Shown piece after piece: positions 55,573 to 64,000 of a DNA stretch of 64,000 nucleotides. Position numbers and translations under genes: made by a program. The DNA is from a virus (taxonomy: Duplodnaviria; Caudoviricetes). The stretch spans positions 1-64,000 of the IMG/VR virus record IMGVR_UViG_3300037483_000425. One strand, written 5' to 3'. The notes beneath the pieces are model-generated. The model did no database searches, had not been told where the DNA came from, and worked only from the letters and a program-made list of their open reading frames with translations. Each line of letters begins with the position of its first letter. The first letter of the stretch is position 1.

Positions 55573-56403
55573 TTGTGCCCCAAGAGGCATACCTACCTCT
55601 TCATCCTGTCCACAGGCCGGGCAAGTTGCAATTTGACGCATAACCATCCCTGGCTCATGCTTGTCCATATACTTACGCAATGCCTTGGAATCTCCCGCTC
55701 TCATAGAATCCACAAATCGCGCAATATAACCTTTATCTTCAATATCGTCTACTTGAACAATGCTGTACTTCAATCTCGTTGTGACAAATTGATCTTGCAA
55801 ATTCCCAAGCTTTTTCATCTTATCTTGAATGATATTAATTTCTTCTTCATCATCTCCTGTTAAAAACTTGAAATATACTTTTCTTTTGGAAATTGGCAAT
55901 TCAAATTCAAATACATTAGTGCCAGATCTAACTGGCGACAAATCTAACCTTTTTAGAGGTAATTTATCTAATCTAAATGTGTTTTCAAAATTGTGACCGC
56001 AAGAGTTACACTCAATCTCGGCCGGATATTCGGATCCATATCCTGTAATTCTCAAACTCACCATGATTGCATTTCTGTCTCCCGCAATCATCTCTCCAAC
56101 GTTAATCTCTTTATCCACCAAACATGATTTGATTAATTCAGTGATTACCGTTCCCTTTTTGATAAGAGCACGAGAAGTAAGAATGTCTTCCTCGCGTGCG
56201 GTCATAACTCTAATATCAACCGTTTCTCGACCACATAATGGGGATTTTTCAGGATAGACCATCCCTTTCGATGGCAAAGGAACACTCTCTGCCGGAATAT
56301 CATCCATCGGTTGCATAATCACATTTGAATTGTTAGAATTAAAAACCTTATTACGTTGTGCTCTATCTTCGCTCATAGCGGATTCTGTTATTTCTTCTGC
56401 CAT
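55555..56403 (-). CDS. gp26-like baseplate hub assembly / tail assembly chaperone
   Basis: VPLPSKG..Y, MTAREEDIL, GDRN..M..LRI..YG, CxxC motifs, ends MPLGAQFFWPE. Confidence 0.8.
   Translation of the reverse strand: MAEEITESAMSEDRAQRNKVFNSNNSNVIMQPMDDIPAESVPLPSKGMVYPEKSPLCGRETVDIRVMTAREEDILTSRALIKKGTVITELIKSCLVDKEINVGEMIAGDRNAIMVSLRITGYGSEYPAEIECNSCGHNFENTFRLDKLPLKRLDLSPVRSGTNVFEFELPISKRKVYFKFLTGDDEEEINIIQDKMKKLGNLQDQFVTTRLKYSIVQVDDIEDKGYIARFVDSMRAGDSKALRKYMDKHEPGMVMRQIATCPACGQDEEVGMPLGAQFFWPE
55566..55572 (-). promoter_or_regulatory. Putative programmed frameshift site (UUU UUU U, +1/-2)
   Basis: CAA TTT TTT TGG CCT GAA TGA; only the +1/-2 frame stays open (-1 hits TGA). Confidence 0.55.
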
Positions 56404-56463
56404 AATTTAACCCTTTTTGGATAAACCTGTTCTAGAAAATGATAGGTCAACCCAGGTACTTTG

Positions 56464-56583
56464 TTAATGTGTCCAAGATCTTTTTTTATCATACAAAGAA
56501 ATCTGCCTTAGTTCTTTATATGAAAATTTAAAATAATGCATTAATAGAAATGTTTCTTCATTTTTGAGATCTGGACGATTCAT
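56464..56583 (-). CDS. 39-aa mini-ORF homologous to the chaperone frameshift domain (possibly a relic)
   Basis: NEETFLLMHYFKFSYKELRQISL vs NRELFLLVYYGRFSYWEARFLPV. Confidence 0.5.
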   Translation of the reverse strand: MNRPDLKNEETFLLMHYFKFSYKELRQISLYDKKRSWTH

Positions 56584-56612
56584 CAACTACTAACTATAGC
56601 AATCCTTAAAAA

Positions 56613-57284
56613 TTAAGAATTTGGCTTTCTAATGACGAACACAGATTCTAATGAAACTTCAAGATCATATTTCTTTGCAAATTCATTAACTGCTTTTTTT
56701 ACGCCAGGGAATGTATTGTAATCATCTCCGCACAATATTCCGCCAGGACGAAGCAATCTCCAATAATGCTCTAAGTCTTTCATTACGCTTTCATATTCAT
56801 GAGCAGCATCTAAATAAATAAGTTCTGCTTTTGCTCCCCATTTATTCAATAATTCAAATGCATTATCAGAAGTGTTGGGAAATGGAATAACATAATTTTG
56901 AAGACTTAATCTTTTGACATTTGCAAGAAATTGGTAATAAAGTTGAGGATATCCATGTTTGTGATTTAGTCCTCCCCAACGATGCTGGTTTTTCTTATCG
57001 ACCCAGTGTTCTGGGCTCCCTAGCCACGTATCAACGCAAACTATTTTCCCATCGATATTGTTGTCTTGCAAAGCTTTAGCCATGTTGCAGGCACTCTGGC
57101 CTTTCCATGTCCCAACCTCAATAATTAATTTCGGCCTTATTTGCTTAATTGTTTGCCCAAACCAAGGACGATTTCCTCCCCATCCCTGCAAATCCAATTC
57201 AAATCCTTCTTCTTTAAAGTCTTTATAAATATCACATCCATAAATCGAATGAATCGTTATCGGCCTTTGGTTCTTTTTACCCAT
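56613..57284 (-). CDS. Class I SAM-dependent methyltransferase (Methyltransf_24-like), moron in tail operon
   Basis: IIEVGTWKGQS, VCVDTW, IYLDAAHEY, LRPGGILCGDDY; likely start MGKKNQ. Confidence 0.88.
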   Translation of the reverse strand: MGKKNQRPITIHSIYGCDIYKDFKEEGFELDLQGWGGNRPWFGQTIKQIRPKLIIEVGTWKGQSACNMAKALQDNNIDGKIVCVDTWLGSPEHWVDKKNQHRWGGLNHKHGYPQLYYQFLANVKRLSLQNYVIPFPNTSDNAFELLNKWGAKAELIYLDAAHEYESVMKDLEHYWRLLRPGGILCGDDYNTFPGVKKAVNEFAKKYDLEVSLESVFVIRKPNS

Positions 57285-57328
57285 ATTAAATAATATGACA
57301 TATAAGGCCATTGTATAGCTTTATAATC

Positions 57329-57361
57329 TTTACTGTTCGATATGACTTAGCGATATTGAAA
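57329..57361 (+). pseudogene. Inverted diverged copy of the tail tube 3' end
   Basis: Encodes FTVRYDLAILK vs tube LTIRYDLAVLQ; 23/33 nt identical, 7 of 10 differences at third codon positions. Confidence 0.55.
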
Positions 57362-57380
57362 CCATCTGCCTGCAAATAGC

Positions 57381-57414
57381 AAAAAAATAAAGCCACACCC
57401 ATTGTGAGTGTGGC
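57381..57414 (-). terminator. Rho-independent terminator after tail tube
   Basis: GCCACAC/GTGTGGC stem followed by TTTATTTTTTT on the minus strand. Confidence 0.75.
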
Positions 57415-57438
57415 CAAATTTGACGTGAGAAAACTCAC

Positions 57439-57927
57439 TTAAAATTGTAAAACCGCCAAGTCGTAACGAATTGTTAATGTCACGTCAGCTGACTCAGTAT
57501 TATCATATGCCAATTCTCCAAAGTTTGCTTCTTGAATATAAGCACCTTTGATATCCCAAAGCTCAACAACTGCACCCAATGGGTCAAGCATTTTTAGCTG
57601 AATATCTCGCTTATAAAAATCGGCATAACCACCACGTTGAGTAACGTGTTCTTGGCCTAATCTAATCCATTCCATAACCTGCTGAGCACCAGATGGCGCT
57701 ATCGCATCATGCAAAGCTACACTAAGCTCACCAAATGTGTACTTTGATGCAAGATAACGTGTCGCATTAATATAGTTGATTGTGAATGTTTCTGTGCTGA
57801 TTGTTGGTCGAGCAGCCGTCTTCAAAAGAAAGCTGTCAATGCCTTCAATAGCTAAAAGCCAACGAAACTTTCGTTTTGGTTCGAAAGTATTCGCAAGCAT
57901 ATCTTGAACGTCAAGTACCTCTGCCAT
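57439..57927 (-). CDS. Tail tube protein (T4 gp19-like)
   Basis: EPKRKFRW, RP.I, EW...G.....YKRDI.L..LDP.G.VVE.W.I.GA......G.L.YD; follows sheath; AGGAG RBS. Confidence 0.9.
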   Translation of the reverse strand: MAEVLDVQDMLANTFEPKRKFRWLLAIEGIDSFLLKTAARPTISTETFTINYINATRYLASKYTFGELSVALHDAIAPSGAQQVMEWIRLGQEHVTQRGGYADFYKRDIQLKMLDPLGAVVELWDIKGAYIQEANFGELAYDNTESADVTLTIRYDLAVLQF

Positions 57928-57967
57928 TGTTTAATCTCCTAATCTAAGTAGTCCCTTACTGAAAAAT

Positions 57968-60900
57968 TTATATAGTAACTCCATTATTTGTTACAACGAA
58001 GTCAAGTGCCACGAATTCAACCGTACGTGTTGGCTGAATATAAATCACACCACGAACTGTATTGTTTTCAACATCAGCTTGTGTTGTCGTACTCGTGTCA
58101 ATTCTCACACGGTATCTATCAATACCAGCCTGCTCTTGAATCTTATTAAGAATAGGATTCACACGAGCAGAGAATCGTGCAAGTGTTTCTTCCCTATTTG
58201 GTTCAAATAGGAAGTCATTAGCAACTCGTTTGACTCTTCTTCTAAGCTCAAGAAGAAGTCGACGGACATTGATTCGATCCAATGCCGATTGTGCAGCAAG
58301 CAAGGTCTTCTGACCCCACACAACAACCCCTGGACCTCCTGGGAATGCCGTAATAGGATTGATATCAACCTCGTACAAATCATCAAGATTGCCTTGATTT
58401 AATGTGACCGCAGTTTGCTTCACATTCTCCATAGCACCGCGAGTAAATCCTGCTGGTGCTAACCATGGATGCCCAACCGCATCATTCAACGCGTATGCGC
58501 CAATAACACCAACAGACGGAGGAACGCGCACATTTGTATTTGTAGTAGGATCTTTAATCACCAAGTCTGGAAAATATGCCGCTCCAAAGCTTGAATCTAT
58601 CGCTCTTGCCGCAAATGAGTTTACAGTATTCTGAACATTTACATCCTGTAATGAAGAAGTGATAACGCTATTAACAGTATCCCTTTCTTCAATGTCCATA
58701 ATATAGATCGCATCAAATCTAGACTGTGCTGTGATTAATGCCTGATCAGTGACAACGGAATGTCTAATACCTGGGATTGCTAAAATATTAACATCTACTT
58801 CAGATGTCTCTCCCATAATGTCCAAAGCTTTTCTGTAGGCACGAACTGTTGGGCCTTCATCCTGACCACGAGCTGTAAAGTTCATTTCTTCAATAATAGC
58901 TCTATTTGTTAAGTCGTTCTCATCTTTGTCAAAGATGTTGACTCCATCGAATCCTCCTTGCATAAAGAAAGAGAACTTGGTCAAAGAGCGAACACCCAAG
59001 ATGGACAAGTCAGTGCTCAAATCAAGCGCCCTAGTCTTATTCGAAATATCGTCTGTAATGTTTCCTTCACGAACATATGTCCATTCATCAACCGTTTTGA
59101 GATTCGCTTTTCCGTCAGACCCTGTAACAACTTGAATATTCTCAAGAGAGAAGATATTATTATTGAATACATCGGCATCTAAGTTGCCATTCGCAGAACT
59201 AAATGCCGTTCCTTCATTATTCCCAACCTGAATATTTTGATTAGTCGTCATAAATCCAGGAAAGTATTTTGCAAAGCTTCTAACAGTTTCTTCAGGTTCT
59301 GCACTCTTGTTTGGCTCAGTTGTTGAGATGTTCTTTTCAAACTGAACTCCCCAATATAGATTTCGATTAATAACCTTCTTAGGATCAACGCCTATTGTAA
59401 TGTTCTTTCTAAATGGTGTTGGTGGCTCAACAGAACGCTGAAGAATATCAGCGGATACAGCGACACTTGAGCTAACTGTGGTTAGTGGAGCAGAGCCAGA
59501 GGTAACAAGATGATATTTTCCACGGAAACCTGCCGGCAATGCTGTTGGCTCAACATCCCCATTGAATACTTCATCAGTAATCTCAACACGAACACGACCA
59601 GAAACATTTGGGTAATTCCCATCTACAACAAGTTTTTGTGTTCCGTTTGCTCTGTCAAAGTCAAAGTATCTATATTCGTCGCCAATTGCTTTTCCAATAA
59701 AGCGATCAGATGATGGATTGAGAGACAATCCTCGATAAGACTCTAGAACAACCTTGTTATCGTCATTATCACTTATGTCTCTTACGAGAAGATCAAACGT
59801 GCCAAACTGATCCTCTTCACTTTGACTTGGGGAAATATTCTCAATAGAGAACTTATAAGATTCAGAATCTCCAGCCCCATCAGAAAGACCGTGCAATCTG
59901 AAAAGATTCTTCGGAGAACCACCGAATTTCTGGGATATGACATAAGGACTAATCGCCGCGCTAAACCTATCCTCAAAGTTTTCATAGTTTGGAACAGTTG
60001 GAGAACCCGTATTTCTTGCCTCGCTTCCCGTTGTTATAAATGCGATATCTTGCAAGCTTGCATATTGGCCGCTTGCGAATCCGTCCAATAAAAGTCCGGT
60101 TCCCGTTACCGCTGCCAATGCCGGATGGATATCATAATGTGTATAAAGAAGATATCCAGCCTTTTGCATGCTGAAGGGGTCTTTGTTCAAAAGATTGGCA
60201 AAATAATTTGGAGCAGTTGGATCAAAAGATGCCGTTACAACATTTGGATATGAAGAATCGGTTCCCTTATGTCCATTCAAAAGAAGAACAAATTCTTGCT
60301 TTGCCGTAGATCCATTGAGCAATTGAACAGAGCCAGTCAAATCACCCTTCAATGTTCCCGCACCAGCTGTTGCCGGATCAGTCGCGCTTGGAGCGGAACT
60401 GTCTACTGCCAATGTGGAGGAAAGAAGAGGAATAACTCCAGAAGCCGCCAATAGGACACCACGAATAATTGGATGAGCACTTGTTCCATCTTGAATCTGT
60501 GCAGAAGAAAAGATATCTGAGCCAGCAGACTCGCTCATGTAACAACCCAAGAAATAAGTTCGTCCTGGCTCTCCTTCAGAAACAGCATAAGGATTATCTC
60601 CAAAATTTCCTGTATCTAATGGCTGTTGCTCTCCAACAACAAATCCAGCGGACTCAACAGATCCAATGTTATTGCCTGTAGTAAGCCTTTTCTCCCCCTT
60701 ACCAACACCCAAAACTTTTAGATAAGTTAGTGCCGTAGAATTGTTCAGCCATTCCGAAGCTGCCAAAGGTCCATATTTTTCCCCGTCAGATGGTCCAAAT
60801 TTGGAATTATAATTTTGCAATGTTCCTACGGTAAGAGGAACAAATGCCGGTCCACGCGTTGACGTTCCGATAATACCCGCAGGAGTCCCTATGGGACCAG

Positions 60901-60970
60901 TTTGTGATGGTCCTGAAAGATCAATCTCATTCGCACTTACGCCAGGGCTTTTGAAAGTCAACTCAACCAT
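57968..60970 (-). CDS. Tail sheath protein (gp18-like), copy A
   Basis: SPGVSANEIDLS, GPAFVP, GGFDG, PWLAPAGFTRG, INPI, WGQKTL...SALDRINVRRLL. Confidence 0.93.
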   Translation of the reverse strand: MVELTFKSPGVSANEIDLSGPSQTGPIGTPAGIIGTSTRGPAFVPLTVGTLQNYNSKFGPSDGEKYGPLAASEWLNNSTALTYLKVLGVGKGEKRLTTGNNIGSVESAGFVVGEQQPLDTGNFGDNPYAVSEGEPGRTYFLGCYMSESAGSDIFSSAQIQDGTSAHPIIRGVLLAASGVIPLLSSTLAVDSSAPSATDPATAGAGTLKGDLTGSVQLLNGSTAKQEFVLLLNGHKGTDSSYPNVVTASFDPTAPNYFANLLNKDPFSMQKAGYLLYTHYDIHPALAAVTGTGLLLDGFASGQYASLQDIAFITTGSEARNTGSPTVPNYENFEDRFSAAISPYVISQKFGGSPKNLFRLHGLSDGAGDSESYKFSIENISPSQSEEDQFGTFDLLVRDISDNDDNKVVLESYRGLSLNPSSDRFIGKAIGDEYRYFDFDRANGTQKLVVDGNYPNVSGRVRVEITDEVFNGDVEPTALPAGFRGKYHLVTSGSAPLTTVSSSVAVSADILQRSVEPPTPFRKNITIGVDPKKVINRNLYWGVQFEKNISTTEPNKSAEPEETVRSFAKYFPGFMTTNQNIQVGNNEGTAFSSANGNLDADVFNNNIFSLENIQVVTGSDGKANLKTVDEWTYVREGNITDDISNKTRALDLSTDLSILGVRSLTKFSFFMQGGFDGVNIFDKDENDLTNRAIIEEMNFTARGQDEGPTVRAYRKALDIMGETSEVDVNILAIPGIRHSVVTDQALITAQSRFDAIYIMDIEERDTVNSVITSSLQDVNVQNTVNSFAARAIDSSFGAAYFPDLVIKDPTTNTNVRVPPSVGVIGAYALNDAVGHPWLAPAGFTRGAMENVKQTAVTLNQGNLDDLYEVDINPITAFPGGPGVVVWGQKTLLAAQSALDRINVRRLLLELRRRVKRVANDFLFEPNREETLARFSARVNPILNKIQEQAGIDRYRVRIDTSTTTQADVENNTVRGVIYIQPTRTVEFVALDFVVTNNGVTI

Positions 60971-60981
60971 TTGCTTCTCCT

Positions 60982-60988
60982 ATAAATA
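60982..60988 (-). promoter_or_regulatory. Putative late-promoter motif TATTTAT
   Basis: Directly before the AGGAG RBS of sheath A; TACTTAG (57944-57950) precedes the tube gene. Confidence 0.5.
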
Positions 60989-61005
60989 CACTCTTAATTG
61001 AAAAA

Positions 61006-64000
61006 TTACACATCAAAACTTACACCTGCATTTGTAATCACAAAATCAATCGCAACAAACTCAATAGTTCTGGTTGGAACAATAACAATTCGGCCATTCA
61101 AACGATTCTGCTCGGCATCCTTGTCAGAGTTATTACGCTCATCCATGATTACATCAAATCTCTCGATTCCTTGCTGAGCCTGAATCAAACTAAGCTGAGG
61201 AACAACTTGATTAATGAAACGCAATCTTGTAGTTATTGTGTTTTGTTCGAATACAATATTCTTTCCGATATTCGTAACAATTCTCTTGACCTCTAAAAGA
61301 AGTCGTCTAATATTAACTCGATCCAATGCGCTTTTTGCTTGCTGAAGGTTCTTTTGTCCAAAGATTACAAATCCTTCATTCGGAAAATTTGCAATTGGAT
61401 TAATGCGAGCATCGTATAAAGTATCACGATCCCCAGTTGTCAATCTAACAGCAATGTTTGTCACAAAGTCTAATGCGCCTCGATTAAATCCTGCTGGCGC
61501 GAACCATGGAAATCCAACTCGATCATTGAATCCTAATGCAGACAAAGCCGCAATAGATGCCGGCAATTGCACCTTTCGATTGTTGACAACATCATCAATA
61601 ACAACATCTGGGAAATATGTTGCAGCGTAACTGTTATCCACTGCTCGTGATTCAAAGTTCTCCGCAGTTTTACGCACATCAGGCTTTGAATCGCTATCGT
61701 CAAATAAACGCACGCCTTGATCGTCATAACTTGGGATATCCATGACATAAAGAGCCATAGAGAATTCCCTCGTCTTTGTTGCAACAAAGTCTGTTACAAA
61801 GCTGTCTCTGATTCCAGGGATTGCCAAAATATTAATGGATGGAATCTGAGCGCCGTTCGCAGATAATGTGAATGGATCCAAGAATATTTTTGCAGCAGTT
61901 TGATAACTAAAGATTGCATTATTTTCTTTTCCTGCACCAGCCGGATTGACAGCCAATCCTGTTGCTAAATATGCAGAAGACGCCCCACCATCAGTATCGC
62001 TTGAAGATGCCCTATCATTTAGACGAGAAGCATTCTTATCAAGAATATTCACTCCATCAAATCCGCCATACATAATATTTGTGAACTTATTGAATGTCTG
62101 GAATCTATTAAAGTCTGCTGAAGACGTTAAATTCACTAATGTAGCCATGGTGATACGATCCGTAATCACCCCGTCAGAAACCTTATAACTGGTAGCATCA
62201 GGCTCTGCATTTCTAAGGTATGCGGCCTCTCTAATATGATCTTCAGCTGTACCTGAAAGATTTGCCACATTGCTATTACTAAACGCAACACGAGCTAATG
62301 TGAACTTATTCTCATTGAATGAATCAACATTTGAACCTGTAACCAAGGTATCCAACTTAGACAATCCAACAAACTTGGAATAAGATTTTCCAAGACCGCT
62401 CTTTTCTTTCGTTGTGTTAGAATTCAATGGTACTTTATTTCTTTCGAGCTTAGCTCCCCAATAAAGGCGACCATCAACCTCTTCAGAAACGCCAGGGTTT
62501 CCTGCAAATCCAGCTTCCGAAACGCTTCCACGTGTGACCTTGAATCTGTATGGAAGTGGAGGAACTATGGACCCACTAAGTTGCCCAACAGATCCTGAAC
62601 CTCCTAGTCTAATATTGACACTGGTTGGATCTCCATCAGTATTCAAATCGTTTGTCTTAAGAGCTTCAATGCCTCGGAATCCGAACGGCAAAGCCCTTGC
62701 TGGAATAAGCCTTCTTTCTACAGCTTCTTCCATAACGATTCTTACAACATTGGACTTATTCTCATAACGACCTTCATCAACAATGCGACGCTCATCTTCG
62801 CTATCTGCGTCGAAAATATAACGAACTTTTCTGTCACCAATCTTTCTTGCAACATAATTCTCGCTTCTAGGATCTAAGTTGCAATCAGGGAATCTAGCCA
62901 CAATTTGCGGATCTTGGTCTGTGTCCTCCCATTTTCTAATTTGAACTTCAAATGTACCAAATGGATTTGTTGGATCCGTGCTTGCACGAAGATTTGCAAT
63001 AGAAACCTTAATGCGATTATTCGCATAATTTCCATCGTCTAATGCTTCGAAATAAAAGAGATCGTACTCTGTTTTACCAAATGGCTGAGAAATAAACTTG
63101 GTTGTTTTCGCGGCTTGAAATCTGGTATCAAAGTGACCATAAGCATCGCGGAAAAGCATTGCTGTATCGCCAGAAGAATCCGACGTATTCGAAGTCCCAG
63201 ACAAAATCGCAATAGATCCGGCATCGGTTGAGACGGCCGCCACTTCAGCATCGACAGAATAATCTAGATATAAAAGATGATTCAATTCAGCAAATCTATC
63301 AGGATTTGTATTAAGAATCTTTGCAATATAATCAGAGCTTCCAGGATCTAAAGATGCTGTGAAAATCGTTGCTTTAAGCGTTGAAGAAACAATAAGCTTA
63401 AACTTATTTGAACTATTCAAAGAAGCAACATCGTCAATAACTGGTGTTGCCAACTGTGATCCAGTTAACTCTTCATCTCCATCAGCAACCAGGATTCGAG
63501 ACCCGCTTGTATTGAAAATAACGGCACGAACCACATAAGCATCATCTGTTGCTGATGTTGCAGTAAAGCTGTCATTATCTGTAAAAATAGGCATGCCAGA
63601 CACTTCTTCTGTCTGGACTTCGTGTTTGGCTACCAAGAATTGAACAGGACCAAGATGTCTGTCATCTGTTCCAACCGTTCCGGTAACAATAAATCCTGCG
63701 TTTTTAACTTGACCAGTTAGCCTGGTTTTCTCAATATCATCTGTTGTATCATTAGCACCAGCACCAAGCACACGCATAAATGAGACAGACGTGCGATTGG
63801 CCAAAAATTTATCAATAGCGTATGTTGCCGGATGCTTAGGATCTAATCCGCCAAATCTTGTTTCAAAATCTGGGGACGATCCCAATGTCACCGGCACAAA
63901 AGCAGGACCGCGCGGCGAGGTTCCAATAACGCCGGCAGGAACACCCGCTGGACCCTCTTGACGAGCACTGAGGTCTCTCTCTATTTCAAAAAATCCTGGT
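61006..64000 (-). CDS. Tail sheath protein (gp18-like), copy B; 5' end beyond window
   Basis: Frame open to 64000 (PGFFEIERDLS...GPAFVP); PWFAPAGFNRG, INPIANF, GQKNL...SALDRVNIRRLL. Confidence 0.93.
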   Translation of the reverse strand, partial: PGFFEIERDLSARQEGPAGVPAGVIGTSPRGPAFVPVTLGSSPDFETRFGGLDPKHPATYAIDKFLANRTSVSFMRVLGAGANDTTDDIEKTRLTGQVKNAGFIVTGTVGTDDRHLGPVQFLVAKHEVQTEEVSGMPIFTDNDSFTATSATDDAYVVRAVIFNTSGSRILVADGDEELTGSQLATPVIDDVASLNSSNKFKLIVSSTLKATIFTASLDPGSSDYIAKILNTNPDRFAELNHLLYLDYSVDAEVAAVSTDAGSIAILSGTSNTSDSSGDTAMLFRDAYGHFDTRFQAAKTTKFISQPFGKTEYDLFYFEALDDGNYANNRIKVSIANLRASTDPTNPFGTFEVQIRKWEDTDQDPQIVARFPDCNLDPRSENYVARKIGDRKVRYIFDADSEDERRIVDEGRYENKSNVVRIVMEEAVERRLIPARALPFGFRGIEALKTNDLNTDGDPTSVNIRLGGSGSVGQLSGSIVPPLPYRFKVTRGSVSEAGFAGNPGVSEEVDGRLYWGAKLERNKVPLNSNTTKEKSGLGKSYSKFVGLSKLDTLVTGSNVDSFNENKFTLARVAFSNSNVANLSGTAEDHIREAAYLRNAEPDATSYKVSDGVITDRITMATLVNLTSSADFNRFQTFNKFTNIMYGGFDGVNILDKNASRLNDRASSSDTDGGASSAYLATGLAVNPAGAGKENNAIFSYQTAAKIFLDPFTLSANGAQIPSINILAIPGIRDSFVTDFVATKTREFSMALYVMDIPSYDDQGVRLFDDSDSKPDVRKTAENFESRAVDNSYAATYFPDVVIDDVVNNRKVQLPASIAALSALGFNDRVGFPWFAPAGFNRGALDFVTNIAVRLTTGDRDTLYDARINPIANFPNEGFVIFGQKNLQQAKSALDRVNIRRLLLEVKRIVTNIGKNIVFEQNTITTRLRFINQVVPQLSLIQAQQGIERFDVIMDERNNSDKDAEQNRLNGRIVIVPTRTIEFVAIDFVITNAGVSFDV

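Noticed and set aside
1-64000. Stop-codon reassignment, seen in some large phages
   Set aside because: Long conserved genes are intact under the standard code, and TAG and TGA both terminate genes at sensible positions.
1-64000. CRISPR array, tRNA genes, integrase or transposase
   Set aside because: No regularly spaced repeats, cloverleafs or recombinase motifs noticed by eye; tRNAscan-SE and CRISPR finders would confirm.

Overview
A 64-kb segment of a large, AT-rich, contractile-tailed dsDNA phage (myovirus-type, distantly T4-like; host not determinable from this window). It uses the standard genetic code and is densely coded, mostly on the minus strand. Right end: tail module with two tandem tail-sheath paralogs, tail tube, a gp26-like chaperone with a probable programmed frameshift, tape measure and baseplate genes. 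Middle: replication and nucleotide metabolism genes, namely a minimal family-A polymerase, gp32-like SSB, RecA, dUTPase, 5'-3' exonuclease, DnaB helicase, class II RNR, DnaE with a mini-intein, and an IMPDH/GMP-reductase-family enzyme with a LAGLIDADG intein. Left: accessory genes (Nudix, HxGH nucleotidyltransferase, RNA-ligase-like protein, SpoU methylase, SOD, DHH, adenine MTase plus restriction-like nuclease, NDP-sugar epimerases). The most notable observations are: (1) a shared N-terminal leader (LRx[YF][IV]RxxLxE) on about 10 unrelated proteins, often next to a TAyTTA(T/G) upstream motif, suggesting a capsid-packaged cargo system; (2) a small ORF carrying a gp23-like major-capsid-protein segment; (3) a methyltransferase moron flanked by two diverged tail-gene fragments; (4) a ~170-nt rod-like intergenic element. 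No tRNA, CRISPR array or integrase was seen. All calls come from manual motif recognition; no searches were run.
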